A program made the translations under genes and the position numbers. From positions 1-55,497 of the forward strand of contig BPTO01000002.1 of assembly GCA_023705985.1 (NCBI GenBank): a stretch of DNA of 55,497 bases. Direction: 5' to 3'. Of the stretch, positions 18,926 to 27,959 are shown one piece after another. The notes beneath the pieces are model-generated. The model did not search any database. It worked only from the letters and a program-made list of their open reading frames with translations, and was not told where the DNA came from. This DNA is from Candidatus Heimdallarchaeota archaeon (GTDB lineage: Archaea > Asgardarchaeota > Heimdallarchaeia > Heimdallarchaeales > Heimdallarchaeaceae). Each line of letters starts with the position of its first letter. Positions within the stretch are counted from its first letter, which is position 1.

Positions 18926-20359
18926 ATGAGCGAAGAACATTCATTGTCCTTGATTAGTGCGGGAATAGATGTTGGTACAACAACTAGTCATATAATTTTT
19001 TCGAGACTTAAACTAGAAAAAGTTTATACTAACCGCAGTTTGAAATTTGAAGTTACAGAGCGTGAAATTCTTTATAAGGGTGATATAATTTTTACACCCC
19101 TTATAGATGGGCAACAAATTGATTATATAAAATTGGTTGGATATCTGAAGGAAGAATATAAGAAAGCAAATATGTCTATTGATGATATCGATACAGGAGC
19201 TGTAATTATTACAGGAGAGAGCGCTAAAAAGCAAAATGCTGAAGAGCTTGTTATATCTCTAGCTCATAAAGCAGGTAATTTTGTTTGTGCAACTGCGGGT
19301 CCCAATTTTGAGTCAGTCATATCTGCTATGGGTTCTGGGGCTGTTCAATATTCTAAAGAGAATAACAAAATTATAATGAATATAGATATTGGAGGAGGAA
19401 CTTCAAACATTGCAATAGTTAAGGATGGAGAAATAGTAGACTCTGGATGTGTTAATGTTGGTGGAAGATTACTTGCTTTTGATGATGATGATAGAATTGT
19501 ACGCATAGAACCTCCTATAAGAAATTTAGAACCACTTATTGGTGTCAAATTTGATTTTGGTATGAAAGTATCAGATGATCAGAAGCGTAAAATTGCGAAA
19601 CTTCTGGCTGAAAGCTTATTTGAAGTTCTTGAAAAATCAATCGAATCTAAATTAGCAAAAGTATTATTGATGACACCACCAATAGAATTTTCGGAAAAAA
19701 TAGAGGAGTTCTCATTTTCTGGAGGTATTGCGGAATATATTTACCAGAAAACCGATATATATTTCAACGATTTGGGGAAATATCTCGGGGACGAAATAAG
19801 GGGAATTATTACTAAAAGAAAAATATCCCTTTACAAACCGCAAGAATTAATTCGTGCAACCGTGATAGGGGCGGGACAATACACTTTACAAGTATCTGGT
19901 GTGACAACTCATATTTCTGATATTGATTTACTTCCCATACATAACGTACAAGTAATTGAGCCAAAAATTAAAGAAAAAGAATTAACTGAAGAAAATATTT
20001 CTAGAGCAATTAAGAAAAGTCTCAACCTTTTTGATATTAATGAAGGAGATGAAACAGTTGCTCTGCTATTTAAAGGAGCGATTGGTGGTTCTTATGCTAG
20101 TTTAACAAGTTTTGTAAAAGGTGTAGTTAGTGCTATTCCCAAAACAATTGAAAAAGAACTCCCAATTATCTTGGTGTTTGATAGAGACATAGGTAATTCT
20201 GTTGGTAATGTTATGAGAAGAGAAACTGAAGCTGAAAAGAATATAATTTCTATTGACGAAATAACTGTAAATGAAGGCGATTTCTTAGATATAGATAAAC
20301 CAAAAGCAGGAGGTTTAGTAGTTCCTGTTGTAGTAAAGAATTTGGTCTTTTCTAATTGA
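18926..20359 (+). CDS. eutA: EutA-like reactivase (ethanolamine ammonia-lyase reactivating factor family, ASKHA fold)
   Basis: GIDVGTTTSHIIFSRL, GAVIITGESAKKQNA, ATAGPNFESVISAMGSGA and NIDIGGGTSNIAI...NVGGRLL track E. coli EutA closely. Confidence 0.8.
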   Translation: MSEEHSLSLISAGIDVGTTTSHIIFSRLKLEKVYTNRSLKFEVTEREILYKGDIIFTPLIDGQQIDYIKLVGYLKEEYKKANMSIDDIDTGAVIITGESAKKQNAEELVISLAHKAGNFVCATAGPNFESVISAMGSGAVQYSKENNKIIMNIDIGGGTSNIAIVKDGEIVDSGCVNVGGRLLAFDDDDRIVRIEPPIRNLEPLIGVKFDFGMKVSDDQKRKIAKLLAESLFEVLEKSIESKLAKVLLMTPPIEFSEKIEEFSFSGGIAEYIYQKTDIYFNDLGKYLGDEIRGIITKRKISLYKPQELIRATVIGAGQYTLQVSGVTTHISDIDLLPIHNVQVIEPKIKEKELTEENISRAIKKSLNLFDINEGDETVALLFKGAIGGSYASLTSFVKGVVSAIPKTIEKELPIILVFDRDIGNSVGNVMRRETEAEKNIISIDEITVNEGDFLDIDKPKAGGLVVPVVVKNLVFSN

Positions 20360-20387
20360 TTGTCTCAAATTTAGATAATACAATTTT

Positions 20388-21995
20388 TTACCATCCTATG
20401 ACAATTCCATCTGCACGAGGGCTGGTTCCTCCACATAGCACGCCATTTTTTGAGTTTCGTTTTATTATTTGTCCTTTACCAAAAACAGCTCTGGCTGTTC
20501 CTGAAGTTGGTACAACTGTATGACCCATTCTACTTAAAGTACTCATAATTGGAACGGAAATACCTTCTTCAATAGCAACCCTTCCACCACTTGTTCCATC
20601 CATAATACAAAATCTTGGTATATCAAGTGCTTGTTGAGGATTCATCCCATAATCTATCATATTAACTAGAACTTGAACATGAGCTTGTGGTTGATTAAAT
20701 CCAGCCATTACACCAAAACTTGCATAAAGTTCATTATCTTTTGTAGCCATTCCTGGAATAATGGTATGATAGGGGCGTTTATTTGGCACCAAGACATTTG
20801 GGTGTCCCGGTTCAAGAGAAAAACCAAAGCCACGATTTTGTAGAGTAAAACCGCATTCTTTTGGGATTAATCCTGTTCCAAATCCATTATAATTTGAATT
20901 GATGAAACTACAAGCATTTCCTTCTTTATCCGCTACAGTAAAATAAACCGTATCCGATGAAGCAAAGGGTGAACCCTTTATCACGTTGACAGAAGCTTTT
21001 GTTGGATCAATTAGTTTACGCCTTTCAGAAGCATATTCTTTAGACAACAACTCATTGATTGGAACATGTACCACACTAGGATCTGCAACATACCACCTCG
21101 TATCCGCAAAAGCTATTCTCAGTGCCTCTATTAGGGTGTGTAAATATTGAACAGATAAATGTTCTATTTCACTGATATTAAACTCTTCCAAAATATTTAG
21201 CGCCATCAAAGCTGTTATTCCTTGACCATTTGGAGGTATCTCAAAAACATCAACACCATGATAATTAACAGATATTGGATCATCAAAAGTGTTGTAATGG
21301 TTTTTTAAATCATCTGTTGTCATAACCCCCCCTAATGCTTGAACTAAGTCTATAATAGCTGTCGCTATTCTACCTTCATAAAAACCGTTTTTTCCATTTT
21401 CTGCTAATTCTCTAAAAGTTTGAGCCAGGGTAATATTCTTCATGATTTCTCCCTCTTTGGGAGCTTCTCCATTCAATAACATCTCATCAGCATAAGGACC
21501 CATTCGTAATTGCTTTGTACCTCTAGCCCAAGCTATAGCTGTAAGCGGTGCTACAGCAAATCCATTTTCTGCTAATTCGATAGCTGGCGTTAAAACTTCT
21601 TTTGTGGTCATTGTACCAAATTTTTCAAGTGTATCTAACCAACCAGCAGCAGCTCCAGGAACAGTAACTGTGTTTACATTATATCGTGGAAGTTCATTTT
21701 GAAAACCTAATTCGGAAAGTCTCTCAAGAGTCAGTTCTACTGGAGCTCTGCCACTAGCATTAACACCATGCACTTTTTTTGTAGAGTTATCAAAAAACAA
21801 GCAAAAACAATCTCCTCCAATACCTGTAGAACATGGTTCTGTTACATTAAGCGCTGCCGCCACAGCTACAGCTGCATCAGCTGCATTGCCACCTTGCTGT
21901 AAAATCCTTATTCCTGCTTCTGAAGCTAAAGGTTGACTAGATGCTACCATACCTCTTGTTGCATAAACTGGAGATCGACGTGAATTGAAATGCAT
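20388..21995 (-). CDS. ggt: Gamma-glutamyltranspeptidase family protein (no signal peptide)
   Basis: GGNAADAAVA, STGIGGDCF and the KRPYHTIIP autoprocessing Thr region. Confidence 0.85.
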   Translation of the reverse strand: MHFNSRRSPVYATRGMVASSQPLASEAGIRILQQGGNAADAAVAVAAALNVTEPCSTGIGGDCFCLFFDNSTKKVHGVNASGRAPVELTLERLSELGFQNELPRYNVNTVTVPGAAAGWLDTLEKFGTMTTKEVLTPAIELAENGFAVAPLTAIAWARGTKQLRMGPYADEMLLNGEAPKEGEIMKNITLAQTFRELAENGKNGFYEGRIATAIIDLVQALGGVMTTDDLKNHYNTFDDPISVNYHGVDVFEIPPNGQGITALMALNILEEFNISEIEHLSVQYLHTLIEALRIAFADTRWYVADPSVVHVPINELLSKEYASERRKLIDPTKASVNVIKGSPFASSDTVYFTVADKEGNACSFINSNYNGFGTGLIPKECGFTLQNRGFGFSLEPGHPNVLVPNKRPYHTIIPGMATKDNELYASFGVMAGFNQPQAHVQVLVNMIDYGMNPQQALDIPRFCIMDGTSGGRVAIEEGISVPIMSTLSRMGHTVVPTSGTARAVFGKGQIIKRNSKNGVLCGGTSPRADGIVIGW

Positions 21996-22033
21996 AGAAA
22001 CAAATAAAATCTTGATAAAATAAACCTAATGGT

Positions 22034-22867
22034 CTAATCTAGATATGATAGTGGAAAGAATGCATTTAACATCTGAAAAAACTTGAACTTCTCCCAATCT
22101 ATGTCTTTTAAACCATAATCTTCAAAAAAATACTTGACCCATTGTTGACCGAAATTATAACCAATACTCCAAGCTACAGCTACTAAGTCGAAATATCTAT
22201 CATTCAATCCGCCATAACTCCAATCAACAAAACCACTTAATTTTCCGTCTTTAATTAGTATGTTAGGTAAACAGTAATCTCCATGACAAAAAACTATGTC
22301 ATATCTCTCTGGTTTATTTTCAAGAATTTTGTCAAACAGCTCTTCAGGAGTATTAACTATCCATCTTTCATCAAATTTTTTACTGTCGATTAGTCCTCTA
22401 TCCATTCTCGATTTAGCAATATTGATAAGATTATCTGGTGTATTATCAACAGGACATTTGGAAAAATCTATAGAATGAATTGTTTTCAAACCTTCAGCTA
22501 AAATAGAGATGTGGGTGCGCTTTTCGCTCTCCGAAGTAGTTTCATAGGAAACTTTTCCTTCAATTTCAGAAAGCAGTAAAAATTCCTCGCGTTTATAATT
22601 ACAAAAATAGCGCATGTTTGGAACTGGCAACCTATCATCCAGCCACTCAAGTATCTCTTTTTCTTTTTCAAGAGTGAATTCAGAAAGAGGTCTGTTTATC
22701 TTAAGGTATAGTGTTTCGTTGTCTTTTACTAATTTATATACCTCAGTCTTTGAGCAACCAATAGTTACAATCTCCCAATTGAAATCTCCTAAAATTTTTT
22801 TCAAATCAGAAGGAAGCTTATGATTTAGAGTGTTATTTTGTTCCATTAAAACCAAACCTTGGCTCAA
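22034..22867 (-). CDS. APH(3')-like aminoglycoside/small-molecule phosphotransferase
   Basis: FCHGDYCLPNILIKDGKLSGFVDWSYGGLNDRYFDL matches the APH(3') catalytic and activation segment (HGDxxxxN ... D). TTG start, with an alternative ATG at 22846. Confidence 0.75.
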   Translation of the reverse strand: MSQGLVLMEQNNTLNHKLPSDLKKILGDFNWEIVTIGCSKTEVYKLVKDNETLYLKINRPLSEFTLEKEKEILEWLDDRLPVPNMRYFCNYKREEFLLLSEIEGKVSYETTSESEKRTHISILAEGLKTIHSIDFSKCPVDNTPDNLINIAKSRMDRGLIDSKKFDERWIVNTPEELFDKILENKPERYDIVFCHGDYCLPNILIKDGKLSGFVDWSYGGLNDRYFDLVAVAWSIGYNFGQQWVKYFFEDYGLKDIDWEKFKFFQMLNAFFPLSYLD

Positions 22868-23158
22868 TTATAGTTTTATATTGTTTTTTCCTTATTAAAT
22901 AAGATATTAACCATTGTCGAGGAGTTGGTGCAATTTTTTAAACACTTTAAAGAATCTGATAACTCTTTGCTTTTTCATAAATATATCGCTCTTCTAAAAT
23001 GGAGAAGTATCTAATAAGGCACCTTATTATAAGTTGTTCCAGAATTTAATGTAATTATGGGAAAATGACAATACATAGCAAGAAATCACGAATTTTTGTA
23101 TTTATGGGAAAAGAAACATAATACTTCCAATAATACTTTTATCATAAATTCTTCATTT

Positions 23159-23638
23159 CTATTCTAACAGTTCCGTTTTACCACTATATTTCAAGATTTT
23201 TCCATACATACTTGTCATTACATCATCGATTTTATACCAATTCAAAGAAGATATTCCCTCATCTAAAATGCTCACAATTGTTTTGGTTTCTTCTTTAACT
23301 TCTATACTGTTAATTTCCATCTCTCCTCCGAAAATATGCAGTAAATTCCTTACAGGACATTGAAATTTTGAACGCCCTTTTTTGAGTTTCAGTAATTCAA
23401 TGTAGATCTCATTCGCTTGCTTTAGTTTTTTTTCTGCCCATGATACTTTCAATGTTCTTTCTTCCTCCAATATCACTTTTGCGTGTATTAGATCGTGATG
23501 TAGTGCTTTCAAATCGTTCTCCTTCCTAAATGAACAACGTTTATTTATCGCTGGCATTGGGTATATAAACATTCCTAAATGAACAACGTTCACTAATAAG
23601 GTTAATATAGTTACGTCAAATTGTAGCTCGTGAAACAA
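23159..23638 (-). CDS. Hypothetical protein divergent from the TetR gene; the N-terminus is doubtful
   Basis: The C-terminal two-thirds look protein-like. The first roughly 40 codons overlap two copies of a 19-bp repeat read in different frames, so the true start is probably further downstream. Confidence 0.35.
   Translation of the reverse strand: MFHELQFDVTILTLLVNVVHLGMFIYPMPAINKRCSFRKENDLKALHHDLIHAKVILEEERTLKVSWAEKKLKQANEIYIELLKLKKGRSKFQCPVRNLLHIFGGEMEINSIEVKEETKTIVSILDEGISSLNWYKIDDVMTSMYGKILKYSGKTELLE
23523..23592. promoter_or_regulatory. Two perfect 19-bp direct repeats (TTCCTAAATGAACAACGTT) 49 bp apart; the proximal copy completes the palindrome TGAAC-AAC-GTTCA. Candidate TetR operators.
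   Basis: Copies at 23523..23541 and 23572..23590, and the palindrome at 23580..23592. A TATA-like GGTTAATATAG follows, about 20-30 nt before the tetR GTG at 23630. Confidence 0.5.
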
Positions 23639-24271
23639 AAGAGAGCTAGATCAGAAGAAGATAAGGCTGTTCAAATTAAGAAAATAATAGATACTGCAAG
23701 AGATTTGTATCTTTGCGATAGAAAGCAATTCACGATGCGAACTGTAGCTCGCAAGCTGGGAATGTCTCAAGGGAATCTTTACAATTATTGGTCTAGTAAA
23801 AGAGAACTATGGTATGCAATTATCAAGGCTGATTTCAAAGAATTTGAGGAAGGTATGGAAGCTGTAGTTCAAGAGCATAACGGACGATTTATCAATCTAA
23901 CAGATAAACTAGCGGACTATTACTTTACTTTTGCTAAATCAAACTACCGTCGTTATCAGATGATGTTTGTATTTCCTCCTCCTCTAGCAGAAAAAGAGGA
24001 ATCAGATGCGATAGTCTATGAACCAGGATCTATAATCATTTTAATGAAAATTGTTCAGAAAGCAGTTGAAAATGGGGAATTAATTCCTTTGGATGTTCAG
24101 AAATTAGCTCTTTACTTTTGGTCACTGGTGCATGGAACAACATTAGTATCTAATACAATACTCTTCTCACCGGAAGCAAAACTAGCTCAATTTGGAACAG
24201 CAAAAGAATTTCAATCTTTTGTAAAAAATTTAGTTAGAAAGCAGATGGAACAATTTTTAGCGAAAAAATGA
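23630..24271 (+). CDS. TetR/AcrR family transcriptional regulator
   Basis: N-terminal HTH: FTMRTVARKLGMSQGNLYNYWSSKRELW. Helical C-terminal domain. Confidence 0.85.
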   Translation: MKQKRARSEEDKAVQIKKIIDTARDLYLCDRKQFTMRTVARKLGMSQGNLYNYWSSKRELWYAIIKADFKEFEEGMEAVVQEHNGRFINLTDKLADYYFTFAKSNYRRYQMMFVFPPPLAEKEESDAIVYEPGSIIILMKIVQKAVENGELIPLDVQKLALYFWSLVHGTTLVSNTILFSPEAKLAQFGTAKEFQSFVKNLVRKQMEQFLAKK

Positions 24272-24900
24272 TGTAAAGCTCAGAGAAACACGATTATCAC
24301 ACAACTTTTTTTCGTAAAAGATGTTAAACATATCTTTCTAGTAATACATAGCATTAATAAATGGGTATCAGTAGAGAAAGATAGTACACGAATGAATTGA
24401 GACCACTACTAATAGAGTGATTTTATGGATAAATACTCCAACATCGAGAAACTAAACATGAAAGATGGTATTATACGAAAACCAAGTTTGAATAGAGAGA
24501 ATATTGATTATATTGCTTTAAAACTAAATGAGTTAAAACATGAAATGGATTTGGAATTTAAAGTACCTAAGAGAGTGAAGCGAAGAGCAAGCTATTAAGT
24601 ATTTTTTATTACGTACAGCAATGGAGATATGCTATTTCACCAATGAATCTCATTCACTTGTTAGTCAGGATATTTTTCTTAATCTTTAATGGTTAAAGAA
24701 AGGTTCCTTTTTCACATGAATTACCCCTTTCCAGATTTGACATATTATAAACAAATAATTTTCTTGAGCAAATTAGAAAAAGCAAAAAAAGAAATTAGTA
24801 CAATTGATAGGGAATTCATCACTTAAAAAGACTTAAAAACTGATAGTTAAGATTGAACAATAACAAGAATCTTTTTAATAAAGGTTCATATAGAACAGCA

Positions 24901-24930
24901 TAAAACCGCGTAAAACCACGTAAAACAGCG
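24901..24930 (+). repeat. Three tandem imperfect decamers: TAAAACCGCG TAAAACCACG TAAAACAGCG
   Basis: Read directly from the sequence. The last copy overlaps nt 1-4 of the tRNA. The first copy supplies an ATAAAA about 25 nt upstream of the tRNA 5' end, a likely TATA box. Confidence 0.6.
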
Positions 24931-25046
24931 AAGTGGGGAAGCTTGGAAATCCCGCTGGGCTCATAAAACCATTCTAGACTGCTTTTAAGTTGCTTCTAGA
25001 TTGAGACACCCGGAGGTCGGTAGTTCAAATCTACCCTTCGCTACCA
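24927..25046 (+). tRNA. tRNA-iMet: Initiator tRNA-Met (CAT) with a 42-nt intron at the canonical 37/38 position and an encoded CCA
   Basis: Acceptor AGCGAAG/CTTCGCT gives A1:U72. D arm is GGGA..TCCC, and the anticodon stem CTGGG/CCCGG has three G:C pairs next to the loop CTCATA|A. T arm is GGTAG-TTCAAAT-CTACC. The intron spans 24966..25007, and CUCA pairs with the intron UGAG followed by a 3-nt ACA bulge (BHB-like). Confidence 0.9.
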
Positions 25047-25138
25047 ATTTTTTTCTTCTAGTCCTTTTTGGTCTTTTTTGTGTTTTAAGTTTCTATCACA
25101 ATACTTTTTTAACCTCATTACATGGTCTCTCGTCTGAT

Positions 25139-26026
25139 ATGTGTCCACTTACTGTAATTCTGCTAGTTACCTCCTTCCTAATCTGGTTGTTTGTTGGTTT
25201 TTCTATTTACAAACAGTACCGTTACACAACTCTAATTTTTGACTTTTTACCTTTTTATTTCCCTCTCACCATCCTGGGATTCATTTCATACGTTGCAGGG
25301 ATACTTGTTTGGATATCCCTTCCTTTGTGGTTTCTTATCCTTTCTATAGGCATATTTGTTCTTATACTCTATGCTCACTTGATTCGTAGATGGAGGAAAT
25401 GTTACACATTATCTCTATATGCTTCTTTTCTAGATGAGCTCAAAAACCCCCAATATCTTGTTCATACTTTTAATGATTATCAAAATACTAATAATTTTTC
25501 CTCAGACAAAGTTCATGTTTTTATTCGTCATGATGTAGATTTATCACTAAAAAGGTTGAGCAAAATAGTAGAGTTAGAGAAGTTCAAAGGCTTATTGTCT
25601 ACTTCTTTTTTCCGTCTTCATTCTGAAAAATACTCATTCGAACAAGCATTACCATTAATTAAACAGTTAAATGCAGATGGTTTTGAGATTGGATTTCATT
25701 ATGAATCACTGAGTCAAACGAAAGGTAATAAAGATGAAGCAGTAGTTTTGTTTACAGAGGAACTAAAACAACTTCGCGAAATCGCCCCTGTATCTGTCGT
25801 AGCTCATCATGGTGATAAGTATGATAACCATACTCTTTGGCCAATAGTTGATAAAAAATCACTCGAGATTTGGTCTGCTTATGATATGAAACGGGATAAA
25901 TATCTTACTGATACTGGTGGCAACGATATGGTTAGACAACATGGACACCATATCTTCGCAAAACTTGATCAGGTTAAACCTGGAGATATTGTTCAAGTGC
26001 TAATTCATGCTGATTGGTGGTATTAA
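25139..26026 (+). CDS. Membrane-anchored polysaccharide deacetylase-like (CE4/ArnD-like) protein
   Basis: N-terminal hydrophobic helices (about three), then VFIRHDVD and GFEIGFHYES...VVAHHG, reminiscent of the CE4 D-x-D / H..H metal motifs. The start is moved to the first ATG after the tRNA, because ORF-track residues 1-46 translate the tRNA and its T-rich trailer. Confidence 0.45.
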   Translation: MCPLTVILLVTSFLIWLFVGFSIYKQYRYTTLIFDFLPFYFPLTILGFISYVAGILVWISLPLWFLILSIGIFVLILYAHLIRRWRKCYTLSLYASFLDELKNPQYLVHTFNDYQNTNNFSSDKVHVFIRHDVDLSLKRLSKIVELEKFKGLLSTSFFRLHSEKYSFEQALPLIKQLNADGFEIGFHYESLSQTKGNKDEAVVLFTEELKQLREIAPVSVVAHHGDKYDNHTLWPIVDKKSLEIWSAYDMKRDKYLTDTGGNDMVRQHGHHIFAKLDQVKPGDIVQVLIHADWWY

Positions 26027-26046
26027 TAGAGGTTAAGTGGTAAAGG

Positions 26047-27879
26047 ATGAGTATAAAGCGTATCCTCAAAATCTTGAAGCGAATGCTTGTTGATAAAAAA
26101 TTTAGAAATATGGTTATCAACAGATTAACTCAAGAAGTCAGACAAGTAACAAAACCTGTAAATATAGCAACCCAACTCGCTGCGCCTGAGAAAGAATTAC
26201 TTAAAACATTGAGAATTGCTTTTGTTGGTGGGTGTGAAATATCATTCTTAAAGGAATATTTTGAAGCTAATGGTGCAGCATGTTACCACACCTTTGATCA
26301 TAATGAAGCATCAGACCCAAATTTAGCACTCAGCGACTTTGACGGTGGAGTATTTAAGTTCAAACCTAATATAGTTGTGATAAGTGATGCGCAATTCGTA
26401 CGTAATGAGATTAGTAATATACAACACAATAAAACAAACATAGAATCTCAAAATGGCCAAGTTAACTTCATAAAACAAAGAATTCTAAATGGTATTGAAC
26501 AAGCAAGAACAAAAATTGAGGGAACATTTTTTGTTATGACCTATCCTTTAGTTATCCGACCATCATTGGGGCGTTTTGATTATAAGAATCTTCCAAATTC
26601 GTTTAGTTTAAGAGAATTTTTGGGTCTTTTAGAACTAGCATTTTATGATTTAGCTAAAAAAGAAGACGATGTTTATATTTTATCGGTTAATGAGTCATTC
26701 ATCAAAGCAGGTGTTGGTTACCAGCTTCGAGAAAATGATGCTGATGGTATATATGAACACATCAGCAGAGAAGGAGCAGTTACCATAGGGAATGAGTTAC
26801 TCAATCACATAAAAACAATTAGAGGTTTTGGTAAGAGAATTAAGTGTGTGGTGGTTGATTTAGATAATACTTTGTGGGAAGGAATTCTACGAGATGATGG
26901 TGTCGAAGGTATCACTGTCTATTATAATCGATTGACTGTTCTTAGACTATTAACAAAACGTGGTATCTTACTAGCTATTGCAAGTAAAAATGATAGTAAT
27001 ATTGAGACACTCGTAGACAAAGTACTAGGAACAATATCTGAATTATTTTCGATTAAGAAAATTAATTGGAATGATAAAGCTCAAAGTATAGTAGAAATAG
27101 CTCAAGAACTCAATATAGGTATTGACTCCCTTGCCTTTTTTGATGATAATCCATACGAAAGAGATCAGATTAAAACATTCTTGCCTAATGTATTGGTTTT
27201 ACCTGAAACAGAAATACTTCATTCTCTTAACAGAATAGAATTTGAACCCATAGGTAAACTAACAGATGAAAGCGCAGAGAGAATACAGATGTATGCGCAT
27301 CAAAAAAAGCGCGAAGGCGATGAAAAGAAGTTTGCATTAGATAAAGAGGGTTTTTTACGTTCATGTAATTTGGAACTCTGGATGCGAGAAGCAAAAGATG
27401 TGAATTTAGGACGTGTGACTGAGCTAATCCAGAGAACAAACCAATTAAACGCCACAGCAGTTAGGTATGACAAAGAACAGATTCTTCAATTTCATCAGTC
27501 AGATAACGAAAAAATCTATGTTGTAAACCTATATGATAGATATGGAGAGTATGGATTAATCGGCGTCACAGTTATACGAAAAGCTGATGAGAAGTGGATA
27601 ATGGATATTTTGACTTTTTCGTGCCGAGCAATGGGTAAAACAGTTGAACAAACTTTTCTTTCTTATCTAATGGCGGAAGCAAAAAAGGATAAAGCGAAGG
27701 TATTAGTAGGTAAATACCGGAAAACAGAGCGTAATGAAGCGATTGAGAGGTTATTTACAGAATCAAATTTTGATAAAGTAGAAACAAAAGGAGATTCTGT
27801 TTTATGGGCGTATAATTTTGAAGAAAAAAAAGCCCCTGACTTTCCTGACTGGTTTACCATTTTGAAAAAAGAGAAATGA
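26047..27879 (+). CDS. FkbH-like protein (HAD-superfamily phosphatase subfamily IIIC with a C-terminal GNAT-like domain)
   Basis: CVVVDLDNTLWEGILRDDGVEGI (the HAD DxD motif in the FkbH signature context), LAIASKND and AFFDDNPYERD. The start is 20 nt after the preceding stop. Confidence 0.75.
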   Translation: MSIKRILKILKRMLVDKKFRNMVINRLTQEVRQVTKPVNIATQLAAPEKELLKTLRIAFVGGCEISFLKEYFEANGAACYHTFDHNEASDPNLALSDFDGGVFKFKPNIVVISDAQFVRNEISNIQHNKTNIESQNGQVNFIKQRILNGIEQARTKIEGTFFVMTYPLVIRPSLGRFDYKNLPNSFSLREFLGLLELAFYDLAKKEDDVYILSVNESFIKAGVGYQLRENDADGIYEHISREGAVTIGNELLNHIKTIRGFGKRIKCVVVDLDNTLWEGILRDDGVEGITVYYNRLTVLRLLTKRGILLAIASKNDSNIETLVDKVLGTISELFSIKKINWNDKAQSIVEIAQELNIGIDSLAFFDDNPYERDQIKTFLPNVLVLPETEILHSLNRIEFEPIGKLTDESAERIQMYAHQKKREGDEKKFALDKEGFLRSCNLELWMREAKDVNLGRVTELIQRTNQLNATAVRYDKEQILQFHQSDNEKIYVVNLYDRYGEYGLIGVTVIRKADEKWIMDILTFSCRAMGKTVEQTFLSYLMAEAKKDKAKVLVGKYRKTERNEAIERLFTESNFDKVETKGDSVLWAYNFEEKKAPDFPDWFTILKKEK

Positions 27880-27959
27880 GAGATTGTGCTTCCAATTTCG
27901 AACATTTTCAACTGTTTTAACGAAAACTTCATATGTTTTTCAGCTGATTCTAGTTTAAC

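Noticed and set aside
24425-24598. 57-aa ORF (MDKYSNIEKLNMKDGIIRKPSLNRENIDYIALKLNELKHEMDLEFKVPKRVKRRASY) in the 650-bp spacer between tetR and the tRNA
   Set aside because: There is no recognisable family, no obvious RBS, and it is AT-rich like its surroundings. It could be real but I cannot support it, and conservation or Ribo-seq data would be needed.
25001-25138. N-terminal 46 codons of ORF 25001..26026 (MRHPEVGSSNLPFATNFF...)
   Set aside because: This stretch is the 3' half of the tRNA-iMet gene (its 3' exon plus the last few intron nucleotides) and its T-rich trailer read as protein. No GTG or TTG occurs in frame before the ATG at 25139, which is taken as the start.
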